This document shows positions 1 to 8,587 of a stretch of 64,000 bases of DNA, one piece after another. Made by a program: the position numbers and the translations under genes. Origin of the DNA: an uncultured Pirellulales bacterium (GTDB lineage Bacteria; Planctomycetota; Phycisphaerae; Sedimentisphaerales; Anaerobacaceae). The DNA lies in contig CAZDQP010000001.1 in assembly GCA_964507485.1 (NCBI GenBank), positions 753-64,752 on the forward strand, written 5' to 3'. Within the stretch, counting starts at the first letter, position 1; each line of letters opens with the position of its first letter. Below the pieces are notes generated by a model. That model saw only the letters and a program-made list of their open reading frames with translations. It did no database searches and was not told the DNA's origin.

Positions 1-2
1 TA

Positions 3-329
3 TTGCCTAACATTATAGTATGCCATAGTTGCGACAACCCTAAATGTGTTAATCCTAAGCATCTATTTTTATCAACACCAAAAGGCAATGCTTTAGATAG
101 AGAGTCCAAAAATCGACATCCACATATACAGACAGCGGATTTATCAGGAGAAAATAATCCAGCTTCTAAAATAAATCCTCTTATTGTACGCACGATACGA
201 AAATATAGAAAAAAAGGCCATACATATAGCCAATTAGTCGAGAGAATAGATTTTTCATTTAATGTAAAACTTTCCAAAAGCCAAATAGCAAATATTGTAC
301 ATAGGAGAAGTTGGAAAAATGTCGGATAA
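3..329 (+). CDS. HNH homing endonuclease, C-terminal part (5' end outside window)
   Basis: ORF is open to the window edge. It has the Cys/His motif CHSCDNPKCVNPKHLF followed by a basic helical tail. Confidence 0.55.
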   Translation: MPNIIVCHSCDNPKCVNPKHLFLSTPKGNALDRESKNRHPHIQTADLSGENNPASKINPLIVRTIRKYRKKGHTYSQLVERIDFSFNVKLSKSQIANIVHRRSWKNVG

Positions 330-1185
330 TTCTAAAATCGAATGGACTACTGCCACATGGTCGCCAGTTATCGGTTGCTCAAAGTGCTCGCCTGGCTGTG
401 ATAACTGTTACGCCGAGCGAATGGCTTGCAGGCTTAAAGGGATAGAAGAAGCAAAATTTGACGACATTAAAACTTATGCCCCACCTGACTCAACCTTTAA
501 TGAAAAATATATTAAAGTAATTAGCAATGGTAAATGGAATGGAAATATTGTTTGTGATGAATCAGTCCTTGATGCTCCCCTTCACTGGAAAAAGCCCCGC
601 AAGATTTTTGTCTGCTCGATGTCCGATTTATTCCATAAAAAAGTGCCTGATGAATTTATACACGAAGTATGGGACGTAATGAAAAAATGCCCCCAACATA
701 TATTCCAAGTTCTTACCAAAAGGCCGACACGAATGTATCGCGTTGTAAAAGAACACATATACAGAATGGAAGCGGCTGGTCATGCTATGGGTTTTTGGAG
801 TCATGTCTGGCTCGGAGTATCAATAAGCACACAAAAAGAGGCTGATGATAAGATACCGATTCTATTACAGATACCTGCGGCGATCCATTTTGTAAGTATC
901 GAGCCGATGCTGGAAGGAATAGATTTGCAAAATGTCGATTGGAATGGTTCGACAGGTTTATGCACATTAGATAATCCACCGATGCAAATTGGATGGGTTA
1001 TTGTCGGCGGCGAATCCGGTTCTAAGAGACGATGGTGCAATGAAAAGTGGGTAAAATCAATAGTAAGCCAATGCGAATCCGCAGGCGTACCTTGTTTTGT
1101 CAAACAAATACATCGTGCCGGCAAGTTAATAAAAATGCCTCCGGATTATCCACAGGAGTACCCGAATGAAGATAAAGACCTGTGA
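319..1185 (+). CDS. phage Gp37/Gp68 family protein (DUF5131)
   Basis: N-terminus SKIEWTTATWSPVIGCSKCSPGCDNCYAERMA is typical of the family and includes a CX3CX2C three-Cys motif. The ATG at 319 is preferred over the track start at 295. Confidence 0.8.
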   Translation: MSDNSKIEWTTATWSPVIGCSKCSPGCDNCYAERMACRLKGIEEAKFDDIKTYAPPDSTFNEKYIKVISNGKWNGNIVCDESVLDAPLHWKKPRKIFVCSMSDLFHKKVPDEFIHEVWDVMKKCPQHIFQVLTKRPTRMYRVVKEHIYRMEAAGHAMGFWSHVWLGVSISTQKEADDKIPILLQIPAAIHFVSIEPMLEGIDLQNVDWNGSTGLCTLDNPPMQIGWVIVGGESGSKRRWCNEKWVKSIVSQCESAGVPCFVKQIHRAGKLIKMPPDYPQEYPNEDKDL

Positions 1186-1492
1186 CCAATGCGGCAAGCC
1201 TAAGATACGCAAATCATCGAAAGAGCTTGATATATGCCAGTGTGATTTCGTGCATGAAAAGGAACTGGAAAATAAAATTAACTATGAACCAAAATTTGAA
1301 TGTCAGCGTTGTGGTCGATGTTGTATGCACATGCATTCAGACGATACGGGTATGCCTTGTGAATATCTACTTGTAAAAGATGGAATAGCAACCTGCTTAA
1401 TCCACGATAAGAAACCGGAAGTTTGCAGGAATTATCCCGACCACCCCGATTTCGGCGGGGAACCGTGTTTTTTCTATAAAGAAGAAATTTGA
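1166..1492 (+). CDS. YkgJ-like CxxCxxCC cysteine-cluster protein
   Basis: CQRCGRCC motif plus further Cys/His residues. Overlaps the upstream gene by 20 nt. Confidence 0.55.
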   Translation: MKIKTCDQCGKPKIRKSSKELDICQCDFVHEKELENKINYEPKFECQRCGRCCMHMHSDDTGMPCEYLLVKDGIATCLIHDKKPEVCRNYPDHPDFGGEPCFFYKEEI

Positions 1493-1503
1493 AATAAAAA
1501 CTC

Positions 1504-1532
1504 TTGACAAAACGGACTGAAAAGAGTAAGTT
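1504..1532 (+). promoter_or_regulatory. candidate sigma70-type promoter
   Basis: TTGACA (1504-1509), 17-nt spacer, TAAGTT (1527-1532). Lies in the intergenic gap upstream of the HNH-AP2 gene. Confidence 0.35.
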
Positions 1533-1537
1533 AGGGA

Positions 1538-1634
1538 TGACTGTATACGTAACATATAATTTAATATTTTTGGATCTGAGCCCCAAAGGTGTATTCCAAC
1601 CTCGTGTTGCGTATACAGTCAAGCCGATGGGGCT
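1538..1634 (+). promoter_or_regulatory. long imperfect inverted repeat / structured 5' leader
   Basis: 1538-1555 pairs with 1604-1621 (18 bp). The two non-Watson-Crick positions are G-U only on the + strand RNA. AGCCCCA (1579-1585) pairs with TGGGGCT (1628-1634) in a crossing, pseudoknot-like arrangement. Confidence 0.35.
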
Positions 1635-1656
1635 TATTTAATGCGCAAGGATTAAT

Positions 1657-2130
1657 ATGAAAACCATACCGCTTACACAAGGCAAATGTGCGATTGTTGA
1701 TGACGAAGATTATGAACAGCTTAATCAGTGGAAATGGATAGCCTGTAAAAGTCGCAATACATTTTATGCGGCTAAATCAGCTAAAATAAATGGATATTGG
1801 TCGACAAAAAAAATGCACCATTTCATTTTACCAAGTATTCCTAAAGGCTCAATGGTGGATCATAAAAATAGAAATGGCCTTGATAACAGAAAAAATAATT
1901 TACGAATATGTTCAATAGCACAAAATACAAGAAACCGCAAAACTCCTCCACATAGTAGTAAATACAAAGGAGTATGTTGGGAAGGCCGAAGAAAAGCATG
2001 GAGAGCATATATAACAATAAAAGGAAAATTTATACATATAGGTTATTTCAACAAAGAAGAGCGTGCTGCAATCGCTTATGATAAAGCTGCAAAAACATTA
2101 TTTGGCGAATTTGCCTATACTAATTTTTAA
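1657..2130 (+). CDS. HNH endonuclease with AP2-type DNA-binding domain
   Basis: HNH motif VDHKNRNGLDNRKNNLRICSIAQN, then the AP2-like segment YKGVCW...WRAYITIKGKFIHIGYF...AAIAYDKAAKTLFGEFAYTNF. Confidence 0.8.
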   Translation: MKTIPLTQGKCAIVDDEDYEQLNQWKWIACKSRNTFYAAKSAKINGYWSTKKMHHFILPSIPKGSMVDHKNRNGLDNRKNNLRICSIAQNTRNRKTPPHSSKYKGVCWEGRRKAWRAYITIKGKFIHIGYFNKEERAAIAYDKAAKTLFGEFAYTNF

Positions 2131-2141
2131 GTATTTATAGC

Positions 2142-2627
2142 ATGGATGCTAACATGAATAAAAGACCAGCGTTTCAGTTTTATCCGGCAGACTGGATAAA
2201 AGACCCGGATTTGCAAATGTGCAGTATGAGCACTATAGGTATTTGGATTAATTTAATATGCAGAATGTGGGAGGCAAAAGAACAGGGTAAAGTAAGGGGC
2301 ACAAAAGAAGAAATATGCCAAATAGTAGGATGTACAATTTCAGAACTCGCCCTCTTCTTTGACGATAATAATTTTCACAAATTTGCAAATGTAACAAAAC
2401 GTAACAAAAAAGTAACAATTATAAATAGGCGGATGTACAAGGACTATATCGAGCGTGAGAGTGTAAAAAAGAGGGTTTCAAGGCATAGAGAGAAAAGGAA
2501 ACGTAAATGTAACGCCAAAGTAACGCCTTATTCTTCTTCTTCACCTTCTTCTTCTCTCTCTCCTGAGATAGAGAGAATGTTACAAGAAGAAGGAAAAAGC
2601 ACTATTCATCCGTCACAAAAAAAATAG
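2142..2627 (+). CDS. DUF1376 (YdaU-like) phage protein
   Basis: Signature RPAFQFYPADWIKDPDLQMCS, with a Ser-rich basic tail. Confidence 0.6.
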   Translation: MDANMNKRPAFQFYPADWIKDPDLQMCSMSTIGIWINLICRMWEAKEQGKVRGTKEEICQIVGCTISELALFFDDNNFHKFANVTKRNKKVTIINRRMYKDYIERESVKKRVSRHREKRKRKCNAKVTPYSSSSPSSSLSPEIERMLQEEGKSTIHPSQKK

Positions 2628-2637
2628 GAATCTCAAA

Positions 2638-3147
2638 ATGGAATATCACGAAGTTGATGAAATATTAAGATACTTGAAAGAGTTATGGCCTCATTGGAAA
2701 TGGGCAGAAGATGAACAACCGAATCTTCAGACAAAAATCTGGAGAAATAAACTTTTCCCATTTAATTACAGTATCGCTATGCAGGCAATAGAGAATATTT
2801 ATAGTCACGGCCTGGCTGATTTCCAAAGGGAACTACTGCCGGCGTTTTTGAAAGAAGCTAATCGAATAGCAAAAAAATATTCTAAATTGATTGAGGCAAA
2901 AGAAAAACCTGAGCCTGTCTTGGTTTATACAATCGTAGACCAAAACAACGAAAAATGGAAAATGAGATTTTATCATCCTACAAAAATGCCCGAAGATAAA
3001 AACATATTAGCTCAGGAATCTTTCAATATGAAAGAACAAATCGAGCAGCAGTATAACCGTGATTGCTACATCGTCAGAAATTGGGAAGAATATCAAGAGC
3101 CTGTATATCAGGAAGTAGAATCTAATAATGATGACATACCATTTTAG
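2638..3147 (+). CDS. hypothetical protein
   Basis: 169-aa ORF in the operon context. No motif recognised. Confidence 0.5.
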   Translation: MEYHEVDEILRYLKELWPHWKWAEDEQPNLQTKIWRNKLFPFNYSIAMQAIENIYSHGLADFQRELLPAFLKEANRIAKKYSKLIEAKEKPEPVLVYTIVDQNNEKWKMRFYHPTKMPEDKNILAQESFNMKEQIEQQYNRDCYIVRNWEEYQEPVYQEVESNNDDIPF

Positions 3148-3161
3148 CAGGAGTTAAGAAA

Positions 3162-3275
3162 ATGAGAAAAGAATTTTGTGATTTTTGTAAAGATGAATTA
3201 GAAATAGCAGACCATATTGATAATAGTTTTTTTGGAAGAATTGAATATCCGATTTATCAAAACAAAAGGCAATGA
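3162..3275 (+). CDS. small CxxC ORF (37 aa), possibly truncated by the IS
   Basis: AGGAG RBS lies 8 nt upstream. The TGA stop lies inside the IS left inverted repeat. Confidence 0.3.
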   Translation: MRKEFCDFCKDELEIADHIDNSFFGRIEYPIYQNKRQ

Positions 3276-3290
3276 ATCACTTGGCTCACC
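3268..3290 (+). repeat. IS terminal inverted repeat (left)
   Basis: GGCAATGAATCACTTGGCTCACC, 21/23 identical to the copy at 8822-8844. Confidence 0.75.
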
Positions 3291-3328
3291 AAAAAAAGGC
3301 AAACAGATATGAGTAAAATGTGGATAAC

Positions 3329-3460
3329 TTATTTTTTGGACTTGCGGCGTTTCTTACGCTCTGCCTGTTCTTTAGCTATTTTTGCATTGACGATTTCTTT
3401 AGGCACAGCGACAAGTTTGCGTGCAAGTTCGTTGAATTTACCCAATCCTTTAGGCTTCAT
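3329..3460 (-). CDS. small basic ORF (43 aa) downstream of the transposase
   Basis: AAGGAG RBS 6 nt upstream of the ATG. Product is MKPKGLGKFNELARKLVAVPKEIV... Too short to appear in the ORF track. Confidence 0.4.
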   Translation of the reverse strand: MKPKGLGKFNELARKLVAVPKEIVNAKIAKEQAERKKRRKSKK

Positions 3461-3470
3461 ATTAGCTCCT

Positions 3471-4421
3471 TTATTCTTTTCCCATGAATCCAGCATCATC
3501 AATACCAGCGAGAAACCGATAAGTCAAACGCTTATTGAAAACCATACACAACAAAAACTCAAAACGGACACTATCAGTCCATTCCCGCATATTGAATCTG
3601 AATACCTGTTCGGCGACATAACGGAAAAGGTGATATGGTTCGACACTAACATAAGTTCCCTTAATTGCTCTTTTGAGCAGAGTCCAGAAATTCTCGATAC
3701 CGTTTGTGTGGACAATCCCATCAACATAGGCTTTAGAATGGTCAACAGCCCTGTGAGCGTGACTATTGATAAGCCTGTCGTATTCTCTGGCTTCATCGGT
3801 GAAAACTTCCGCACCATATTTTACAGACGATTTGACGCGGGCAAGGGATGTTTCTTCATCGTCGCGATTGACAACTTTGGCATTTACCTTGCTCGTTTCG
3901 ACTCTTTGCAGGATACCATGAACCGGTGTTTTGCCGACCGAGCCGCGTCCTTGAATGAGCTTTTCTCGGCGTTTGGTGTGCATATTCCTTGCCTGTCCGC
4001 CGATGTAGGTTGTATCGGCTTCAACAGGGCCGTCAAACTTCTCAGATTCGCATTCCATAGCTTTGCGGATACGATGAAGCATGAACCATGCCGTTCTTTG
4101 AGTGACGCCGATAGCCCGACTAAGCTCATGGCTGCTGATACCGTTCTTGCAGTTGGCGATTGCCCATACAGCGACAAACCATTTATCAAGTCCGAGGGGG
4201 CTATCCTCAAAGATTGTGCCGACTTTGGAGCTAAACTGTTTGCGGCAATCCTTACAACGGAGCATCCGGCGTGTTTTGATTTCGCCGATTCTCTTGCTTC
4301 CACAATTAGGGCAAACGGGTGGGTTGCCAGCCCAGCGGATTTCCCGCATATAGTTCTCACAAATATCGGGGTCTGCAAAGTATCGGGCGGCTTGCAAAAG
4401 TGTTTTGGGTGTTTTCATCAT
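3471..4421 (-). CDS. IS1595-family transposase
   Basis: N-terminal zinc ribbon CPNCGS...CKDCRKQFS, followed by a DDE-type body typical of IS1595/ISXO2-like transposases. Confidence 0.85.
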   Translation of the reverse strand: MMKTPKTLLQAARYFADPDICENYMREIRWAGNPPVCPNCGSKRIGEIKTRRMLRCKDCRKQFSSKVGTIFEDSPLGLDKWFVAVWAIANCKNGISSHELSRAIGVTQRTAWFMLHRIRKAMECESEKFDGPVEADTTYIGGQARNMHTKRREKLIQGRGSVGKTPVHGILQRVETSKVNAKVVNRDDEETSLARVKSSVKYGAEVFTDEAREYDRLINSHAHRAVDHSKAYVDGIVHTNGIENFWTLLKRAIKGTYVSVEPYHLFRYVAEQVFRFNMREWTDSVRFEFLLCMVFNKRLTYRFLAGIDDAGFMGKE

Positions 4422-4476
4422 CTACTCCTTGTTAATAACCTGTGTAAAACTAACTTCATTCTATCTATATATACGC

Positions 4477-4499
4477 GGTGAGTCAAGTACAAAATCAAA
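4477..4499 (-). repeat. degenerate IR-like copy
   Basis: GGTGAGTCAAGTAC... 11 of the 12 innermost positions match the IR and the outer half is diverged. Overlaps the methylase start. Confidence 0.4.
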
Positions 4500-5338
4500 A
4501 AAACATGATAAATTTACCAAAAAACCAAATAATTTGCGGAAATTGCGTAGAAATAATGGAGCAATGGCCTAACGATTGTTTGGATTTAACAGTAACTTCT
4601 CCACCATACGATGAATTAAGAGACTATAAAGGTTATCATTTTGATTTTGAGGGTATTGCCAAACAGCTATACAGAATAACAAAAAATGGTGTTGTTGTTG
4701 TTTGGGTGGTTGGGGACCAAGTAATAAACGGGAGTGAAAGCGGTACGAGCTTCAAGCAAGCATTATTTTTTAAGGAATGCGGTTTTAATCTACACGACAC
4801 GATGATTTATGAGAAAAACGGAGCATTGCCGGATAATTGCCGTTATTTTCAAATTTTCGAGTATATGTTTGTTTTGAGTAAGGGCCGGCCCAAAACAGTA
4901 AACTTCATAGAAGATAGAAAAAACCGATTCAAAGAGCGGTGGGGCAAAGGTCGTTGTGTAAGAGAAAAAGATGGGTCCCTTACGCCGAGAGACGAATGGA
5001 AGGGCAGGGAATACGGACGCCGAAATAATATTTGGAGATATAGTACAGGGGCAGGATATAGTTCAAAAGAGAAAGTAGCTTTTGAGCATCCAGCTACGTT
5101 TCCAGAGCTATTAGCACACGACCATATCAAGAGTTGGAGTAATTCCGGTGATATTGTTCTCGATTGTATGTGTGGAAGCGGTACAACCTGCAAAAGAGCG
5201 AAAATGTTAGGCCGCTGTTACATCGGCATAGATATAAGCCCTGAATATTGCAAATTATCAGAAGAACGGATTAAAGCGGTTATTACTGGCGTTTCTGTTA
5301 AAGAGGCCCGACAGGGCCAGAAAGCGTTATTTGAATGA
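4478..5338 (+). CDS. DNA methyltransferase (beta-class N4-C/N6-A type)
   Basis: Motif IV TSPPY lies near the N-terminus and motif I VLDCMCGSGTT near the C-terminus. GTG start at 4478, alternative ATG at 4505. Confidence 0.85.
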   Translation: MSQVQNQKNMINLPKNQIICGNCVEIMEQWPNDCLDLTVTSPPYDELRDYKGYHFDFEGIAKQLYRITKNGVVVVWVVGDQVINGSESGTSFKQALFFKECGFNLHDTMIYEKNGALPDNCRYFQIFEYMFVLSKGRPKTVNFIEDRKNRFKERWGKGRCVREKDGSLTPRDEWKGREYGRRNNIWRYSTGAGYSSKEKVAFEHPATFPELLAHDHIKSWSNSGDIVLDCMCGSGTTCKRAKMLGRCYIGIDISPEYCKLSEERIKAVITGVSVKEARQGQKALFE

Positions 5339-5341
5339 AAA

Positions 5342-5818
5342 ATGGTGAGCCAAGTGATTCAATACCATTACAAGAAATTAAGATGTTATCATTGGTATGC
5401 AGTCAAAAACAAAAGGACATACTACGCAGAACGATACGTCCGCATAATAAACAATAAACAAATAAGCATATTTATGCACAGAGAAATTTTAGGGCTTAAA
5501 TACAAAGATGGAAAAGTATCTGACCATATTAACGGTAATGGCTTAGACAACAGACGTTCTAATTTGCGGGTGTGTACTGCGTCTCAGAATGCATGGAACA
5601 GGCGAAGTAATAGTAAATGTGGATATAGAGGTGTGCGAAAGTTTTTTCATAGGTGGCAAGCAAGAATACAAGTTAATAGGAAGTGCAGGCATTTGGGTAT
5701 GTATGCTACCGCCATAGAAGCAGCTAAGGCATATGATAAAGCGGCCAAGAAACAATACGGTAAGTTTGCTTGTACTAATTTTTGTGCCGCTATCAAGGCA
5801 AAGGAGAAAGCCGAATGA
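5342..5818 (+). CDS. HNH-AP2 endonuclease with an IS-derived N-terminus
   Basis: Paralog of 1657-2130 (DHINGNGLDNRRSNLRVC...YRGV...AAKAYDKAAKKQYGKFACTNF). It lacks about 17 N-terminal residues. The first 8 codons are encoded by the IR. Confidence 0.75.
   Translation: MVSQVIQYHYKKLRCYHWYAVKNKRTYYAERYVRIINNKQISIFMHREILGLKYKDGKVSDHINGNGLDNRRSNLRVCTASQNAWNRRSNSKCGYRGVRKFFHRWQARIQVNRKCRHLGMYATAIEAAKAYDKAAKKQYGKFACTNFCAAIKAKEKAE
5344..5366 (-). repeat. IS terminal inverted repeat (right)
   Basis: GGTGAGCCAAGTGATTCAATACC. Its reverse complement is 23/23 identical to 8822-8844. Confidence 0.75.
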
Positions 5819-6051
5819 GTAAAAAAGTTGGTCCAACTAAAACAAAATCATATCTTATCTGTGCCAAATGTAAATATTTGGATTTTTGGTGTGGTATGTG
5901 CCAATGCTATGCAAGATGCAAACATCCAAAGTATAAAAAAAGAAAAACCGGCGAAAGAAATATAGGAACTTATGATAGAGGCAATGACAGGGGTGTACCC
6001 ACGCCAAAATGGTGTCCAATTATAAAACAGGAGACTTCCGATGGAAGATAA
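5815..6051 (+). CDS. small Cys-rich protein
   Basis: ATGA overlap with the upstream stop codon. Several CxxC motifs. Confidence 0.4.
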   Translation: MSKKVGPTKTKSYLICAKCKYLDFWCGMCQCYARCKHPKYKKRKTGERNIGTYDRGNDRGVPTPKWCPIIKQETSDGR

Positions 6052-6844
6052 AATAAAACAAGCGATAGAAATGCTGGAAAAAGCAAAACTGAATATAGAA
6101 TATGCCCGTGACTATTATCCAAAAGCGGATACGAAGATAAGCGAATTAAGACAATTAAACATAGCTATTGAATTTCTTGGTCAAGCTCTTGCCCTTCTCT
6201 CCAACTGTCAAGCCAAGCCGGAGTGCGAGACTTGCGAGTGGATATCAGTTAATGATAGATTGCCAAAAAGAGGTATGCAAGTTTTTATGATAGATGCTGA
6301 TACAGGTTATGCTTATGTGGGATGGATGGATGAGCCAAAAAACTGGTGGTATTTTACGGCAGATAAAGAGAAAAGTTTTCCATCAGATAATGGCAAAGAA
6401 ATAACACACTGGATGTCTGTAATTCCTCCCGACTGTCAAGGCAAGCCAGAGCAGCCGGAGAGTGAATTATGGAAAGAATGGAGTCGATTAAATTCAAGTG
6501 ATTGTTCAGATAGGGAGTGGATTGTTAATGCGGAAAAATTAATACCTATAATACTTAGAAAGCTCGAAGCCGCAGAGCGAGAGAATACTATACTCACAGG
6601 GCATATAATGGACGCTGACAACAAAGCACAGCAGCAGGCAGAGAGAATATCGCAGTTGGAGGATATATTCAATAAAATCGAGAATTGGTGTAAAGCATAT
6701 CCGATTGATATTTTTCCAAAACCAGATTTGAAAAAAGCACACACAGTATTGGAATCTGCTGGAATGACTCTTGACGCTATTACCGCTGATGCTATGCGCC
6801 ATGTGACCGACGGAATTAAAGATTTAATCGAAAAGAAAGGCTAA
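6041..6844 (+). CDS. DUF551-domain phage protein
   Basis: WISVNDRLPKRG...GWMDEPKNWWYF...EITHWMSVIPP matches the DUF551 pattern. C-terminal half looks coiled-coil. Confidence 0.55.
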   Translation: MEDKIKQAIEMLEKAKLNIEYARDYYPKADTKISELRQLNIAIEFLGQALALLSNCQAKPECETCEWISVNDRLPKRGMQVFMIDADTGYAYVGWMDEPKNWWYFTADKEKSFPSDNGKEITHWMSVIPPDCQGKPEQPESELWKEWSRLNSSDCSDREWIVNAEKLIPIILRKLEAAERENTILTGHIMDADNKAQQQAERISQLEDIFNKIENWCKAYPIDIFPKPDLKKAHTVLESAGMTLDAITADAMRHVTDGIKDLIEKKG

Positions 6845-6846
6845 GG

Positions 6847-7320
6847 ATGGCAAGTAATTTCGGACACGTCGAAAGAGTAACGGAGTGCGTAGGTGGTCGG
6901 GAGATAACTTTCAGATCCAAACTTGAATACCGCTGGGCACAATGGCTTGAGCTTGAAAAGCAACAGGGATATATACTCGAATGGTGGTACGAATCCCAGG
7001 ACACTTTATTACAAATTGAAACGCCTTATTTTCACAACCAAAAATTATACCTACCGGACTTCTGTGTCCAGATACTGGACGGCACTTGTGAGCTTCACGA
7101 ATGCAAAGGTTGGTTCACACCTAAAGATTACACAAAATTAAAGCTGGCTGCTCAACAATATAAAAATCCTATAACTCTGATATTCGCAAGTCTCAGCGAC
7201 CATAGCAAAAACAGCAAGACCCAGGCGCAGTACAGTAGAGCCAAGAGATTAGAGCCATTTCTAAAGCGTATAATTTACAATGCTAATCGTGACATATTCA
7301 GGAAGGCCGGAATAAAATAA
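6847..7320 (+). CDS. PD-(D/E)XK nuclease-like protein (DUF1064-like)
   Basis: FRSKLEYRWAQWLE...YLPDFCV...ELHECKG pattern. Confidence 0.45.
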   Translation: MASNFGHVERVTECVGGREITFRSKLEYRWAQWLELEKQQGYILEWWYESQDTLLQIETPYFHNQKLYLPDFCVQILDGTCELHECKGWFTPKDYTKLKLAAQQYKNPITLIFASLSDHSKNSKTQAQYSRAKRLEPFLKRIIYNANRDIFRKAGIK

Positions 7321-7333
7321 AGAATGGTGAAAA

Positions 7334-7531
7334 ATGAGAAAATATGCCTGTCCATTATCTGATAGTGGTATTTGTAAGTATGGGGGTAATAAACGATATA
7401 ATTATGGCTTTGTTTATGGGACAGGTAGTTATTGTTATCATCCAAGGCGCAAGCAGTTTATATACAATATGCTTAGAAAAGACCCAATAACATGCCCATT
7501 GAATGCAGAAGAAAAAAGCCTATACCAATAA
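7334..7531 (+). CDS. hypothetical small Cys-containing protein
   Basis: 65-aa ORF in the operon. Confidence 0.35.
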   Translation: MRKYACPLSDSGICKYGGNKRYNYGFVYGTGSYCYHPRRKQFIYNMLRKDPITCPLNAEEKSLYQ

Positions 7532-7563
7532 GTAAGGAAGCTAAATAAAGGGAAATGTGAGAA

Positions 7564-7824
7564 GTGAAGTACCATCCTGTCAAGAAGAGGTACTTGCCAA
7601 CGGAAGGCGAAAGATTCAGAGCGTATATTATAGTAAAGAAAATCAAGCCTTCGAGAAACGAAAAGTACGGCCATGGAAAACAGGTCGAGTATATCGTACG
7701 ACCTTTGAAATATAATCGGGCATGCAAATTTATCAAAGATGATGGTGCTTATATCTTCGCTAAAGATACAAAGAATTATATACGGAAGTTCTATAAAGCT
7801 GATTTTTATTTTGTCAAGCTTTAG
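7564..7824 (+). CDS. hypothetical basic protein
   Basis: 86-aa ORF with a GTG start. Last + strand gene before the minus-strand island. Confidence 0.35.
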   Translation: MKYHPVKKRYLPTEGERFRAYIIVKKIKPSRNEKYGHGKQVEYIVRPLKYNRACKFIKDDGAYIFAKDTKNYIRKFYKADFYFVKL

Positions 7825-7887
7825 CTCTAAGCCCTTAAAATCATTTCTTCGGCCAATTGCCTATGCCGTAGCTCGGAGATTGACGAG

Positions 7888-8214
7888 TTATTCTTCTATT
7901 TCTTTCCAATATAAAAATAAATGAGCAAATCTCTCTACAGCCGAAAATATAGAGCACTCAACATATCCTTCTGGTGGACGAATCTTGTTTTTATGTATTC
8001 TACAAGTGAATGAATGGGCATCTTCGCACCAAGAACAATCGTCCCTTCTATATGCTGAACTTTGAGGATTAGAACGAGTTCCTTTTAACAGCCATGTATG
8101 TTTGTAATGTGCATCTTTATCACAAATGTCACATTTATGTCTTACATATTTCATTGTTATTGTTTTTGCTGTATCTTGTTCTGGTAAAATTTCTAATGTT
8201 TTATCCATTTTCAT
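7888..8214 (-). CDS. hypothetical Cys/His-rich protein
   Basis: 108-aa ORF with CDICD...CSWCED...C motifs. Confidence 0.45.
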   Translation of the reverse strand: MKMDKTLEILPEQDTAKTITMKYVRHKCDICDKDAHYKHTWLLKGTRSNPQSSAYRRDDCSWCEDAHSFTCRIHKNKIRPPEGYVECSIFSAVERFAHLFLYWKEIEE

Positions 8215-8268
8215 TACCTCACTTTCTAATAGCCTTAAAACGCCCCAGATTGCCCTGTGGTGGACGAA

Positions 8269-8475
8269 CTAAGAACGATAGGGCGGTTGTTTTAATATTT
8301 GTTTGATAATAGCATTGTTCATACCAAACAAAAATTCAATTTTTTCATCAATAGACAATTCTTCATCTTCACGAGGCCAAGGAAAATCCTTATTTGGAAT
8401 CAAAGAAGAATTTCCACTTAAAGCTTTTTCTGAATAATAATATCCCATTTTATAAGCTGATGTACCTGTTTTCAT
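8269..8475 (-). CDS. hypothetical protein
   Basis: 68-aa ORF with an AAGGAG RBS. Confidence 0.4.
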   Translation of the reverse strand: MKTGTSAYKMGYYYSEKALSGNSSLIPNKDFPWPREDEELSIDEKIEFLFGMNNAIIKQILKQPPYRS

Positions 8476-8587
8476 TTTTTTCGCTCCTTAATAAGCCCCG
8501 AAGGGATAGGGGTTAATCTTCTATTATTATAGAAAATAACCTTTTGCAAACGGAGGAACATCCTTAATAACAGAGCCATATCTATTT

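Larger units (their letters stand above)
3268..5366 (-). mobile_element. IS1595-family insertion sequence, probably carrying a passenger DNA methyltransferase
   Basis: 23-bp inverted repeats at 3268-3290 and 5344-5366 match 21/23. They enclose the transposase, a 43-aa ORF and a methylase. The alternative shorter right end at about 4499 is degenerate. No clean target duplication was found. Confidence 0.6.

Noticed and set aside
3309-4481. 390-aa + strand ORF, the longest ORF in this region
   Set aside because: It is the antisense shadow of the IS1595 transposase (3471-4421, minus), which has clear family motifs. The + frame product is low-complexity with no motif.
3260-5374. Target-site duplication for the transposase-containing IS
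   Set aside because: The flanks AAACAAAA and ATTACAAG do not match. The best alternative, AAACATGA at 4501-4508, matches only 6/8. No duplication is claimed.
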